Shown here in pieces: positions 10,153 to 20,858 of a DNA stretch of 64,000 nucleotides. The notes under the pieces are model-generated. The model saw only the letters and a program-made list of their open reading frames with translations. It did no database searches and had not been told where the DNA came from. Position 1 is the stretch's first letter, and every line of letters begins with the position of its first letter. Source of the stretch: Bdellovibrionales bacterium (GTDB lineage Bacteria > Bdellovibrionota > Bdellovibrionia > Bdellovibrionales > UBA1609). The DNA lies in the NCBI GenBank assembly GCA_965261545.1, contig CBDHDF010000007.1:512001-576000 (forward strand). Reading direction: 5' to 3'. A program made the translations under genes and the position numbers.

Positions 10153-11244
10153 GTCGAGTAGGGAAGGAGGTTTCCCCCCTTCCCAGAACCCAACGCGCGC
10201 AATTCACGCATTAGGCTCCTCTGATTATAGGTTCACTGCTTGGTTGGTGGGATAGGTACACCAACTCGCACTCGCGTGGGAGTCTTCTAGCATTCCTTAT
10301 TAGACATTCCATTGGAATTGCTGGTAGGGGCGCCTAAGCCTTGGTATGGGTAACGGGAAACGCTTCAACAATCGGTTGTAAGCCTCCCAGTTGATCCGGT
10401 GCCTTTGCGTCCTCCTCATAAGCCACTTTTTCCATATTCTGATGACCACTCGGTAGAACCGCTTTATATTGCGGTAGTTTCCGGAGACACCATAATAGGC
10501 GTAGTGACCGTAGAGAAATTGCTGCAAACGGTTTGGCTTGATGCTTGATGCAATGCCGTTTCCTTAAGAAAAATCTCTTGAAATTATTAGATAAATCGAC
10601 AAGAATAAGACTTGTTTTATTTTACACCCAACCCTCAACCAAGGAGTAAGTCACATGCAATCCAATATTGATCTCGAAAGCCCCCAAATGACGAGTTCGC
10701 GTCACAGATGACCATTTTATTCTACCAAAACTTGATTCTTCCTTCAAGCCAGAGCACCTTGTCGATCCAGAAAAACAAAAAAGGAATCGAAAATTTAATC
10801 CTCAAATTTTCTTTTTTACTATTATCTATCTTATTTCCGGAACAAATTACGAAGGCTACCAAATCGCTCTTAAGACGGTATGGACTCATTTTGGTGACCT
10901 GCTTCTCATGCCAGTCAAAAGCAGTCTCAGCAAGATACGTCAAAGTATTTCTTACCTATTTTTTAAAAATATCTTTGAATCTCTGATTACAGACTACGAA
11001 CCATTGAGAAAAACGTTTCATGGCTTTTATATCTATGCCATAGATGGCGACCAATTAGCACTTCCTCGCTCTAAAGATCTTTTAAAGGAGGGTTATTGTG
11101 GGTACCCTTGCCCAAATGAGATGGAAACTCATTTCTTACGTATGTATCTATCTCATGCTTATGACGTTTTATCGGGTGTGACAAAGAATCTTTGCTATTC
11201 TCCCGCTCTCAACGAAATCGCCAATGCTATTCAAATGATAGGTA

Positions 11245-13389
11245 GTTCCTGTCCAGGGAAGAAAGTTAAGTAGTTTTAAGTATTTACATGCCTTCCCTTT
11301 AGATTTTATGCTTTAAAATGGAGTCCATCAAACATAATCCGTGTAAATTCAGTTACTTACATAAAACGGAAAAATAAAATAAGTTCCCCCCCCTCTCTTG
11401 ACGAACCTTTCACAGCCCCTCCCTTTCAGTGACTTATGTGGCTATCAACTGGTTACTTGATATGAGAGGAAGAGTTGGATCAACCTGTGTTTCCACCGTG
11501 GTGATTTCAAACCTCCTTCAGGGAAATAACATTACGTTGCGCATCAACTTCAAAAAATACTTGACGTGTTTTTTCAGAGAAATAATTTTTGATATTTTAT
11601 TCTTCATTTATTTTTTATGTAGGTTTTAGGAGGCGTGGGAACCTCTCTATGAGGTAGAATTCTTATCCATGTTCTCCGAGAACCTCTCTGATTTTTTTCT
11701 TCTTAAAAGACATCCTTGCTCACTTTTTTCCCTCAAAAAAACGTATGTTAATATAAAAATTAAAGAGAAACTTTCACCAAAGGGGGGACTATGCGCCATT
11801 TGAAGAAGACACAGTTGGGACTCTTTTCCCAATATCCTAACCACCAACTCAGTACAGAATTGCAGCAAATTAATAACATCATTGATCGCCATCCAGAGTT
11901 TGCCCATATGGTTCATGAAGACCTTGTTAAAGAAAAGAAAGATTCTGGTGATATTGGTATGACATCGGAGCAAGTTCTCAAGGTGGCTATTCTTAAATCC
12001 ATAAGAGGTCTTTCCTATCGTGCGTTAGCCTTTAATCTTGTCGATTCAGTATCCACCAGAGCTTTTCTGGGCCTTGAATTGGAAGAAAATTACGCTCACT
12101 CCACCTTACAGGACTTGATTGTTCAAATAAGTGAAGAAACTTGGGGAATTATTAGCGCCTCTTTAGTTTCAGATGCAAGAGATCAAAAGATTGAGCCGTG
12201 TAAGAAAATGAGATTGGACAGTACAGTGACGAAATCAAATATTCATCATCCAACGGATGCATCGCTTTTATATGACTGCATAAGAGTTACAGAAAGAGAA
12301 TTTAAAAAAGTTCGTAAAAATGTCATGAAAGATTTTTGGCGACTTATTTCAAGAGAAGATCTTAAGAGAGCAAAAACCTTTCTTTACAAAATTAATAATT
12401 CCAAAAATGATGCGGAAAGACTACCTTGCTATAAGGAGCTTTTAAAAATCGCTACCAAATTGAACAAAGGATTACCTGATACCATCAGAAAGATAAAAAA
12501 AGAACAAAAATGTGTGAAGATGAATGCTTTGAAAAAGAGTCTAAAACAGTTAGAAAATGTTGCCTTCTACCTGGAAAAAATCATCTTTCAAACTCAAAAA
12601 AGAGTTATTGAGGGGAAAAAAGTATCTTCTGAAAAAAAGGTCCTATCCATCTTTGAACCGCATACAGACATTATTGTAAAGGGGCAAAGAGAAGTCGAGT
12701 TTGGGCATAAAATCTTTCTGACCTCAGGGCAAAGCAACATGATTTTAGATTGTCAGATCCCTGATGGCAACCCCGCAGACTCTGATATGTTTTTAAAAGT
12801 TATGAATTCAGTGACACAAACCTATGGGGCTTGCCCTGTAAAAGTAAGTGCAGATGGTGGGTTTGCTTCAAAAGAAAATCTTGAAGAGGCCAAAGAGATG
12901 GGGGCTAAAGATGTTTGCTTCCCAGAAAAAAAAGGAATGAAAATATTAAAGATGGTTAAAAGTGCTTGGGTCTTTAAAAATCTTCTCAATTGGAGAGCCG
13001 GAATAGAGGCTGTTATTTCATTCCTTAAGAGATGTTTTGGTATGAGAGTTGCTTACTGGAAAGGGCATGATGGTTTTAAGAGGTATGTAAAGAATGCCGT
13101 TTGTGCCTATAATTTTGTTGTCTTGGCAAGACATGAATTATCAACTGTCACCTAAATTTATCCATTAGGAATAACAGCAATGGACCAGGTCGAAGGTGCT
13201 AAAATCTTCCAAAGGTAGGGGTGCGTCTTCAAATCGAAAAAACTAGGGCGCAAGTCGCTTAAAGACCTTTTTCCCCTTAATCTGTAGAGTTTGTGTGGCA
13301 AATCTCCAACTCTCACTCCCCCATTGAGGCATTGGGAGGCTCAATGGGGAGTGTCAGAGAACAAAAAATGGGCCTTTCTGGACAGAAAC
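11245..13389 (+). mobile_element. ISNCY/IS5-like element copy 1 (2145 bp)
   Basis: 12-bp TIR GTTYCTGTCCAG; 6-bp TSD TAGGTA. Confidence 0.9.
11791..13155 (+). CDS. ISNCY (IS5-like DDE) transposase, intact
   Basis: RLDSTVTKSNIHHPTD, EFGHK, ADGGF and WRAGIEAVIS motifs. Confidence 0.92.
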   Translation: MRHLKKTQLGLFSQYPNHQLSTELQQINNIIDRHPEFAHMVHEDLVKEKKDSGDIGMTSEQVLKVAILKSIRGLSYRALAFNLVDSVSTRAFLGLELEENYAHSTLQDLIVQISEETWGIISASLVSDARDQKIEPCKKMRLDSTVTKSNIHHPTDASLLYDCIRVTEREFKKVRKNVMKDFWRLISREDLKRAKTFLYKINNSKNDAERLPCYKELLKIATKLNKGLPDTIRKIKKEQKCVKMNALKKSLKQLENVAFYLEKIIFQTQKRVIEGKKVSSEKKVLSIFEPHTDIIVKGQREVEFGHKIFLTSGQSNMILDCQIPDGNPADSDMFLKVMNSVTQTYGACPVKVSADGGFASKENLEEAKEMGAKDVCFPEKKGMKILKMVKSAWVFKNLLNWRAGIEAVISFLKRCFGMRVAYWKGHDGFKRYVKNAVCAYNFVVLARHELSTVT

Positions 13390-14553
13390 TAGGTAGTTTT
13401 GAGAGTAATAGCATAACTCTCTACATAGGCTTTATTTATCTACAGAGATTATTAAGGCCCATGCTCAAGCCAGTAACTTCTTTATTGCGCGTTGTAAGCG
13501 AGGCTCTACTTTTATCCCCATCGTAAATTTATTTAATGGCCCAGGTTGGTATTCACAAATGGTTATTGAGGGGGTGGTCATTCATCTCTATAAGTATAAA
13601 AACCCAAAGACTGGGGAGTTCTCTGTTTTGGCCACTAATCTTCCGCATGGCTCCTTGGACAAGAAGGATATGGTTGCTCTTTACTCTCGTCGTTGGGAAA
13701 TAGAAACGACATTTCGTGATTTTACATCGACAATGAAAATGGAGCAGTGGCACTCAACAAGCCTTAATGGAATATTGCAAGAGCTGTATTCTTATTTTTG
13801 GCTCTTCAATTATACAAAGATTCAAATGAGCATAAATGAGGATGAAGACAGTGTGAATCAGTTGGTAAAAAATGACTACAAAAAACCTAACTTTAAACTG
13901 ATTCTTGATTTCATAATGGATAGCATCCCCCTTTTTGTTGCGGGGCTCTATCAGAAATTTAGGAAGCAGATAAAGTTGCTGATGAAGATTTCAATGGAGA
14001 AGAGGAGGCACTTCAAAAGAAGCTATGAAAGGTCTATCAAAAGGGCTGGGAGTTCTTTTAAAAGAAATAGCTTAACGCAGAGGCAGAGGGGTGTGGTGGC
14101 TTAAGGAAACGGCATTGATGCTTGATGGGAGCGTGACGATGTCGTTTACACCAGAGGCTAACGGATGCTAGCCCCCTGTCCAAACGACTTTTCATCGTGC
14201 CTCGAAAAACAACCCAGTTTCCTTTCTGTGATCTCCGCCATGTATGACTGAAACCTAAGAAGTCAAACGACTGGATTTTTCTCACATCCCTCTCGTATTC
14301 CTTGAGGTTCGTGCGGGAAATGCGGTACGGAGGAGGGCGGAAATCTACAATCCGAGACTTCTCGGGATGCATTGTTAAGCCAAATCGAGTAAGTCTTTTT
14401 GGCAACACCTCGTAGATTCGCCGTGCGTCCTCTTCCCTCTGGAATCCCATCACGAAGTCATCGCAGTATCGAGCCATAAACCCGTATCCTTTGAGTCGTG
14501 GTTTGACATCCTTCTCAAACCATTCATCTAAGACATAATGGAGAAATACGTTA

Positions 14554-14642
14554 GGAGGTGTAAATAAATAACTTTTATTTTTTTCACTTGTCTTTACTAG
14601 GAAAGTTAACATCATACAGCAAAGTTATTTTTTTACACCTCC
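14554..14642. mobile_element. 89-bp MITE
   Basis: 22-bp TIR GGAGGTGTAAAwAAATAACTTT with 1 mismatch; TTA duplication; removal restores RT codons PLLANVF. Confidence 0.88.
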
Positions 14643-14675
14643 TTAGCCAGGAGCGGAGAACAAACTCCCCGGACA

Positions 14676-16166
14676 CGAATTGGGTCAAAAATAACGACAC
14701 CAAGACGCATCACATTAAAACACCTTCGTGGTGCCCGGGTTATGGTCCTCCACCTGGCTGGCTCATTATTCCGACACCGAGTTCCCACTTTTCTCTTTTT
14801 GAGTCAAAAATGTGCGTTGAGGAGACTCCCTCACTCAATAAGACACCGGTTGTTACGCCTTCTAAAACAGATCAGCCGAGCTACCCCTCTGTTGATCCTC
14901 TCAGTAAGATTGATCTTTGGAAACAAACAATCAACGAGGGGGTCTTCAGTGAGGGAGTCGGCTGTTAATGCTTACTTAACTGCAATTTCAGGCTTATATC
15001 AACAAAGTTCTAAGGCTAAAAAAGGGGAGTTGCTAGATCATGCGGAACTGGTCACAAACCTCTCTAGGAAGCGACTCATAAGGAGATTAAACGAGATTCA
15101 ACAAAATAATGGCTCTGTGCCACTCAAGCGGTCAGGGAGGCCTCTGGCTTATTCTCAAGAGGAGTTACGACCCCACATCAAATATTTGTGGGAACAAATG
15201 GAAAAAATCTCGGCTGTACGAATAAAAGCCGCTCTACCGGATTGGCTCCCCAATTATGAGTCGTGTCCTCCCCACTTAAAGCTTCAGTTAGAAAAAATGA
15301 GTGCCAGCACCTTGAAGCGTTATCTGAAGGAAATTCGCTTGGCTTCATTGGTCTCTAAGGGATTGTCCACAACCTGTCCTGCCCAATATATGAAAAATAA
15401 GGTTCCCATCAATACACTGGACTCCAAGGTCACAAGGCCTGGTTATATACAAACAGATACGGTTGCTCACTGTGGAACCAGTGCCCAAGGCCCTTTTATC
15501 AGCTCTCTTACAGTGACCGACATTAACACCACATGGACAGAGTGTCGGGCTATGTTTACCAAGAAAGGGACGGAGGTGAGAAGGCAAATCAACAACATTA
15601 ACCAAGCTATACCTTTTAAACTACTGGCCATGAACTCAGACTCAGGAAGTGAGTTCTTAAACAAGCCTGTCCTTCAATTCACCCAATTATCTAACATCAA
15701 GTTCACTCGTTCTCGCCCCTACAAAAAGAATGACAACTGCTACATTGAGCAAAAAAACTTCACCCACGTCAGAGAATTGTTTGGCTATGAGAGGTTTGAA
15801 GATCCAAGGCTAGTTCCTTTAATGAATGACATTTATAAAAACCACTGGAGTCCCCTCCAGAACTTCTTTCTCCCCACATTTAAACTTCAGGAAAAGGTAC
15901 GAGTGGGAGCCAGAATCAAGAAAAAGTATGGCACCCCTAAGACTCCCTATCAGAGAGTTATTGAAAGTGGGGTATTAAACCATGAGGAGGATGAAGCACT
16001 GAGGAGGCGTAAAGCTGAACTCAACCCCTTTGAGCTAAAGAGGGGACTTGAACTAAAACTTAAAGAGTTTTTCAAATTAGTACGACAGGAAAATATCAAG
16101 GAGGTGGCATAAGATGAGCAAAATGACAAACCGCTCCTTGGTGTCGTTTACTTATGACCCAATACG
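14676..16166 (+). mobile_element. IS-like element with rve-type integrase/transposase
   Basis: Imperfect ~26-bp TIR ATTGGGTCA...AACGACACCAA at both ends; no TSD found; truncates the intron. Confidence 0.75.
14949..16112 (+). CDS. DDE integrase-catalytic (rve) transposase
   Basis: DTVAHCG, SDSGSEF and FTRSRPYKKNDNCYIEQKN motifs; GTG start after GAGGGG preferred over the ORF-track start at 14742. Confidence 0.88.
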   Translation: MRESAVNAYLTAISGLYQQSSKAKKGELLDHAELVTNLSRKRLIRRLNEIQQNNGSVPLKRSGRPLAYSQEELRPHIKYLWEQMEKISAVRIKAALPDWLPNYESCPPHLKLQLEKMSASTLKRYLKEIRLASLVSKGLSTTCPAQYMKNKVPINTLDSKVTRPGYIQTDTVAHCGTSAQGPFISSLTVTDINTTWTECRAMFTKKGTEVRRQINNINQAIPFKLLAMNSDSGSEFLNKPVLQFTQLSNIKFTRSRPYKKNDNCYIEQKNFTHVRELFGYERFEDPRLVPLMNDIYKNHWSPLQNFFLPTFKLQEKVRVGARIKKKYGTPKTPYQRVIESGVLNHEEDEALRRRKAELNPFELKRGLELKLKEFFKLVRQENIKEVA

Positions 16167-16361
16167 ATAATTTTGCGGATTTCAGGAAATTATCCTCCCA
16201 AGAGAACTTGGAAGTCTCAAGTTCTCTTAATTTCTTGAGCCACCAAACGGGAGAGCAAACCAAACAGAAAGAATCAGTCATCCTTTTCTCACTCACTTCA
16301 CCTCGACACACCTTTAATCAAAATATCACTCTCAACAACTTAAACTACGACTCCCGGGGTC

Positions 16362-16441
16362 GCCACCTTGAGTTCCTAGCACTCACATCAGGCGTGGACC
16401 TGTGCTTTAAAGAAGCATCAAGGGGGCGATACGATTAAATC
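16362..16441 (+). repeat. ~80-bp repeat, left arm of an inverted pair
   Basis: GCCACCTTG(A)GTTCCTAGCACTCACATC...GTGCTTTAAAG matches the reverse complement of 17811-17890. Confidence 0.85.
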
Positions 16442-16474
16442 AACAGGGAAAATTTTTTTGACGAGCGCTAGGAC

Positions 16475-17701
16475 CTACCTCCCAAGGTTATGAGATGGCC
16501 ACACTTCCTCTAACTGTGTGGGGTCTGTCACTCCCAGCTTATTGTGATGGTAAATACTCACATTTCCGGTACCACAATCTCCGAAGTCATCGCAACTAAG
16601 TGTGCCGAGAAGACCTCGGAAATTCCTTATCCCTCGAATCTCCCTACGTAGTTCCTTTCGGTGGATATACAACTTGTCGTTGGCTACTTGCCCCACGGAT
16701 TTGATGGCCTTCAACAACAAGGTTGCTGCATCGTAGGCGTGCACCCAGTAAGGCGTCCCCGGAGAATCGCCGTATGTGGCTGTAAAAGTAGACAGCACTT
16801 CTTTTACGCTCTTTCCAGTGGCTTGATTGGTGTTTTCAACAGAAATTCGCTCTGGACCGGCAAGGTAGATTCCCAAGGACTCGGGCACTTCTAAAAACTC
16901 TCTTAAAAGGAGGGCGGCACCCGTAACAAGTTTTACGCTTTTTAAAGCTTCCACGGAGCGTACTTGTCGCACAAAAGGAATTCCTTCTTTGTTAAATATT
17001 GGGAAAAAAACTCCGTCCGGTTGCAATGCCGCCAATCTCACCAAAATATGGCTCATATCCATATCACCTTTCCCAACTCTGACCATCAGGAGGACTTCTC
17101 CTCCCAGTGAATTAAATTCATGGCGAAACGCCATGGTCAAGCCCAGGGTGTACGGATCCCCATCATCCAAGGTGGCCATACGCCGCAAATCCAAATGGTG
17201 ATAGGCAAACTCGGCAAGGGTCTTGGCTTGGTGAAGGTCGTTATTGGAGGTGCGAAAATAACCCGGGTGATAGTTCGGGCTTGGGCTGCCTGCAAGGTCG
17301 GAAGTTAATGCCGGCGAGGTGTTGGATGGAGAGATCATCACCAAACCGGCCTGACTGATCAAGGGTGAAGCCGCTACGGCAGCACCCGAGCAAGATGTGC
17401 CAATCACACCGACAACCTGTGAGTTGGCGATGATTTGCTTGGCACCGACGTGCCCACCTTCTGCAGAGCACATGGCATCCACAGGCTCCCCCAATTCAAC
17501 TTTAAATCCGTGAATGGGGCCAAAATCTTGAATAGCCAACTCAATGCTGTGTCGAGAACTCTTCCCAGTGCCAGTAAAAACAGTGTGAGCAAGCAGCGAA
17601 CGTATTTGCACACCTTCTCCATGGTCAATTTCCACGAAAGACTTACCCCAAGAAACTGAGAATCCCATAAACAACCCAATGAAAATAAAAATATATCGCA
17701 T
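16475..17701 (-). CDS. branched-chain amino acid ABC transporter substrate-binding protein (LivK/LivJ-like)
   Basis: Signal peptide; VIGTSCSG, ISPSNTSPALT and HAYDA motifs; AGGAGG RBS before ATG at 17701. Confidence 0.9.
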   Translation of the reverse strand: MRYIFIFIGLFMGFSVSWGKSFVEIDHGEGVQIRSLLAHTVFTGTGKSSRHSIELAIQDFGPIHGFKVELGEPVDAMCSAEGGHVGAKQIIANSQVVGVIGTSCSGAAVAASPLISQAGLVMISPSNTSPALTSDLAGSPSPNYHPGYFRTSNNDLHQAKTLAEFAYHHLDLRRMATLDDGDPYTLGLTMAFRHEFNSLGGEVLLMVRVGKGDMDMSHILVRLAALQPDGVFFPIFNKEGIPFVRQVRSVEALKSVKLVTGAALLLREFLEVPESLGIYLAGPERISVENTNQATGKSVKEVLSTFTATYGDSPGTPYWVHAYDAATLLLKAIKSVGQVANDKLYIHRKELRREIRGIRNFRGLLGTLSCDDFGDCGTGNVSIYHHNKLGVTDPTQLEEVWPSHNLGR

Positions 17702-17810
17702 TATAAAACCTCCTGATTGATTTTGCTGTACCATTTTCTATACTATATTTTTTACCGTCAAGCCACTGAACGCATGTTATGGGCATACCAAGTTATGAGT
17801 TTAGAAGCAA

Positions 17811-17890
17811 GATTTATCGTAACGACTCACCCCCTTCATGCTCTTTAAAGCACGGGTCGCCTGGATGTGAGTGCTAGGAACCAAGGTGGC
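17811..17890 (-). repeat. ~80-bp repeat, right arm of an inverted pair
   Basis: Reverse-complement match to 16362-16441 with a few indels. Confidence 0.85.
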
Positions 17891-18147
17891 AAGGAACGAA
17901 TCTATATAAGTATCTTTGGTCTGTGCTTAAATAATCTCATTGGCAACGATCCTAGACTTATTAGAAAGATCAAAAGATCCGAAGACACTATTAGAAAATA
18001 ATATTATTATATTTAATTTAATTAATAATCAATGTCGTATACAATAAATATGTAACTGTTCAGGTGGCGGCAGAGTTCAAGGGGTAAAACTATTCATTTT
18101 ACAAAAGATACATAAATATTATATTTTCATCAAAACATCATCCGGAT

Positions 18148-19473
18148 ATGATGAGGAGATTCGTGAAAAATCCACCCTTCTTAAAACTGAAAACTCTTCC
18201 AACCCTTACAGCCGCCTACATTTTTACCTTTCTATGCCTGGGATGCAATAAAAATCTTCCTCACAAAAATGAAATATTTTCGAGTTCTTCACCTATTTGT
18301 TCACAACTTGTAGTAGACAATGAATTTTTAGTTCATTGGAAAAATGGCAGCGTGACCTTAGAAAAGTTTGACAGTATAGACACTTTTAAAAACTCATTGC
18401 TCAAGAGTCGCTCCAAAGATATTCTGTGGGCTGAGCCCAACTACTATGTTTCTCTCTCCCCATCAAAGCCTCCCTCTCAAAGGGTTTGCAATGAAGAACA
18501 CGTCAACAACTGGGGCATTCAAAGTATTGAAGCTCCTTCAGGCTGGCAGCGAGGAGCGCGAGGGCAGAATGTTGTTGTCGCTGTCATTGACTCTGGCATT
18601 GATCCTCACCACCTACAATTATCTTCCAATATTTTTGTGAACCAAGGAGAAACTGGCATAGACGAAGATGGCTCTAATAAAAGTCACAACGGAATCGACG
18701 ACGACGATAATGGTTATATTGATGATGTCCGGGGTTATAATTTCGTCAACTCTTCACCCTATCCTATCGACAATCTTGGACACGGAACCCTTGTGGCGGG
18801 AATTATTGCAGCCCAACATGATGACAATGAATACAACATTCAAAGGGTTCAAGGAGTTGCCCCAAAAGCACAAATACTCCCCCTCAAGTTTATCGAAGGA
18901 AACACAGGAGGAGAAACATTTGCCATTATTGAGGCCATCGACTATGCCATTCTCATGGGGGTCCAAGTGATTAACGCCAGTTGGGGCGGCCCTCTTTGTT
19001 CAATCACCCTAAGGAGTCGTATTGAATCTCTCATAGGTGAAAATATTCTCTTTATCTCTGCCGCAGGAAACTCCGGCCATGACATTGACAATATTCCCTC
19101 CTACCCTGCCTCCTTTCAACTCCTCCCACAAATCACGGTAGGGGCCATCGACCCCTACGAAGACAAAGCTATTTTCTCTAATTATGGAGAAACCTCTGTT
19201 CACATTTTTGCTCCAGGTCAAGATATTGTCAGCACAATTCCCATGCACTTTGGAGCCACTACGGCTTGTTCAGATGGCACCAGTATGGCCACTCCATTTG
19301 TTGCTGGAGTCGCAGCGGCCCTCTGGAGCCATGAACCTGAGGCCTCCATCATGGAAATTAAAAGCTCCATTCTCAACTCAGTCTCCAAAGACAGCAGATA
19401 CCAAAACTCCACAAGGGGACGCCTCAACATGAACAAGGCCCTTGACGAATTAAACCGCTTCATGGAAGACTAA
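18148..19473 (+). CDS. S8 family serine peptidase (possible lipoprotein)
   Basis: VIDSG, HGTLVAG and GTSMATP catalytic motifs; LGC lipobox-like sequence. Confidence 0.93.
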   Translation: MMRRFVKNPPFLKLKTLPTLTAAYIFTFLCLGCNKNLPHKNEIFSSSSPICSQLVVDNEFLVHWKNGSVTLEKFDSIDTFKNSLLKSRSKDILWAEPNYYVSLSPSKPPSQRVCNEEHVNNWGIQSIEAPSGWQRGARGQNVVVAVIDSGIDPHHLQLSSNIFVNQGETGIDEDGSNKSHNGIDDDDNGYIDDVRGYNFVNSSPYPIDNLGHGTLVAGIIAAQHDDNEYNIQRVQGVAPKAQILPLKFIEGNTGGETFAIIEAIDYAILMGVQVINASWGGPLCSITLRSRIESLIGENILFISAAGNSGHDIDNIPSYPASFQLLPQITVGAIDPYEDKAIFSNYGETSVHIFAPGQDIVSTIPMHFGATTACSDGTSMATPFVAGVAAALWSHEPEASIMEIKSSILNSVSKDSRYQNSTRGRLNMNKALDELNRFMED

Positions 19474-19481
19474 AAGTGACT

Positions 19482-19727
19482 TTACTCCACAATCTCAAGA
19501 ACGCTGCGCTTTTGCAGCTTTGTGCTGGCAGCGTTGAGAATGGTTCTCATAGAGCGAGCTGTCCGCCCTTGTTTGCCAATCACCTTCCCTAAGTCGTCCT
19601 TAGCCACCTTCAACTCGACAACGGTGGTTTGCTCTCCAACCACCTCACTCACCTCAACATCACTGGGATTATCCACAAGAGACTTCGCCATAAACTCAAC
19701 AAGATCTTTCAAACTACTGGGTTCCAT
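19482..19727 (-). CDS. khpA: KH-domain RNA-binding protein
   Basis: [13 protein letters not shown] motif; lies downstream of rpsP. Confidence 0.93.
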   Translation of the reverse strand: MEPSSLKDLVEFMAKSLVDNPSDVEVSEVVGEQTTVVELKVAKDDLGKVIGKQGRTARSMRTILNAASTKLQKRSVLEIVE

Positions 19728-20015
19728 ACCCACTCCTCCTTCAACCAAAGATTCAATTAGTTAGAACGACAACTAAAACCATGAGAGTTCTCTAAAGGAC
19801 GCCAAGATAACAGTAGCCCCGAATGCCACTCACTGGTTTATTCTAAACAGGATTATTTATAAACTCAACTTGTATTTGCCCCCACTGAACTCCTAAGCTT
19901 CCAACTTGAAACGAAGCAGCACTTTGAAATTGTAGTGACTGTGGCCTTCCCTAATTCCTTCATGCTAGAGGAGGTAGAATCAAGACCTTGACTCCCTCGC
20001 TCCACCATGGCGGCT

Positions 20016-20324
20016 CTATTCCTTAGAGTCGGCCTTGGACTCCATTGTGGAGTCAGTTCTGGACTCTATCTTGGACTCCTTTGTGGAGTTTACCTTGACC
20101 ATCAAACTTCTGACACGTCGAGTTGGCTGGGCCCCCTTAGCCATCCAAGACTTTACCCGGTCCATATCAAGGCTTAAGCCTTTATTTATATCTTTCACAA
20201 AGGGGTTAAAGTGCCCCACCACATCAATATGCTTCCCTGTGGCGGCTCTCCTAGAGTCTGCAACTGTAACTCGATACTTGGGATAATGAGTGGACCCAAT
20301 GCGAGCGAGACGAATGACAACCAT
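20016..20324 (-). CDS. rpsP: 30S ribosomal protein S16
   Basis: MVVIRLAR...YRVTVADSR...GAQPT. Confidence 0.95.
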   Translation of the reverse strand: MVVIRLARIGSTHYPKYRVTVADSRRAATGKHIDVVGHFNPFVKDINKGLSLDMDRVKSWMAKGAQPTRRVRSLMVKVNSTKESKIESRTDSTMESKADSKE

Positions 20325-20858
20325 TTTGCTCCTTTTCAATCAAATGCCAAAATTCATCAGCAAGACCTATTTGAATACACTGAAGCCAAGAAATGAGTCA
20401 AGTAGATTTATGAGATACCTGAAATCCCTAAAAGTTGTAACTAGGTTTAATGTATTGCGTTAATTTTCCTCTTTTCCTATGGAATTTGCTGCGAAAGGTC
20501 CTCTTCGTCCCCATTGGATAGATGAGGCATAGTGGTAGCCACAGCCACCGTCACATTTGAAACAGATAAAAAACATCATTTTGTCTTGGAAAGCCCATCT
20601 ATTTGGAAGGCTGAAAAAATATCCTTTTGTTTTTTAGACAGCTCTCCAAGCATCAGATCACCTGTAGCTAATTCATAAAATTTTAATCGGTCCAGCATTT
20701 TGTAAATTTCTATTTTAGACATTTTTTTATATAACTTCTTATCTTTCATAACAGTAATACCCGAGTTTGACAGCAGCATCCGCGTCAAGCTCGCCAGATC
20801 AAAATTAGAGGTAATAGAGGGGTAAAATCAGTATTTTTGAAAACCGTGTAGTGAACTA

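Larger units (their letters stand above)
10655..14104 (+). pseudogene. IS4-family transposase, interrupted and frameshifted
   Basis: YAIDGD and YSRRWEIETTFR motifs; ISNCY insertion; one base missing near 13424 relative to copy 2. Confidence 0.88.
10551..14117 (+). mobile_element. IS4-family element copy 1 (about 1.4 kb) interrupted by ISNCY
   Basis: 18-bp TIR CAATGCCGTTTCCTTAAG; 10-bp TSD ATGCTTGATG at 10541 and 14118. Confidence 0.92.
10153..14670 (-). mobile_element. group II intron, 5'-truncated and interrupted by IS4::ISNCY and a MITE
   Basis: Domain V GAGCCTAAT...GTTGGGTTC (about 10186-10218), domain VI and 3' end ...CCTACTCGAC at 10153; RT/maturase fragments upstream. Confidence 0.9.
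10300..14670 (-). pseudogene. ltrA: group II intron reverse transcriptase/maturase, fragmented
   Basis: GVCSPLLANVFLHYVLD, RYCDDF, HPEKS, FDFLGF (14118-14670) and GHYAYYG domain X (10300-10550); two insertions and a frameshift. Confidence 0.9.

Noticed and set aside
10708..11973. Duplicated small ORFs (10708-10986, 10722-10943, 11429-11629, 11647-11973 and their copies)
   Set aside because: They are alternate-frame or antisense ORFs that recur only because the IS is duplicated.
10300..14670. Retron, DGR or defence-type reverse transcriptase
   Set aside because: Domain V/VI RNA and the maturase domain identify a group II intron; no template/variable repeat pair was seen.
14588..14968. 126-aa ORF
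   Set aside because: It crosses MITE, intron and IS boundaries, so it is chimeric.
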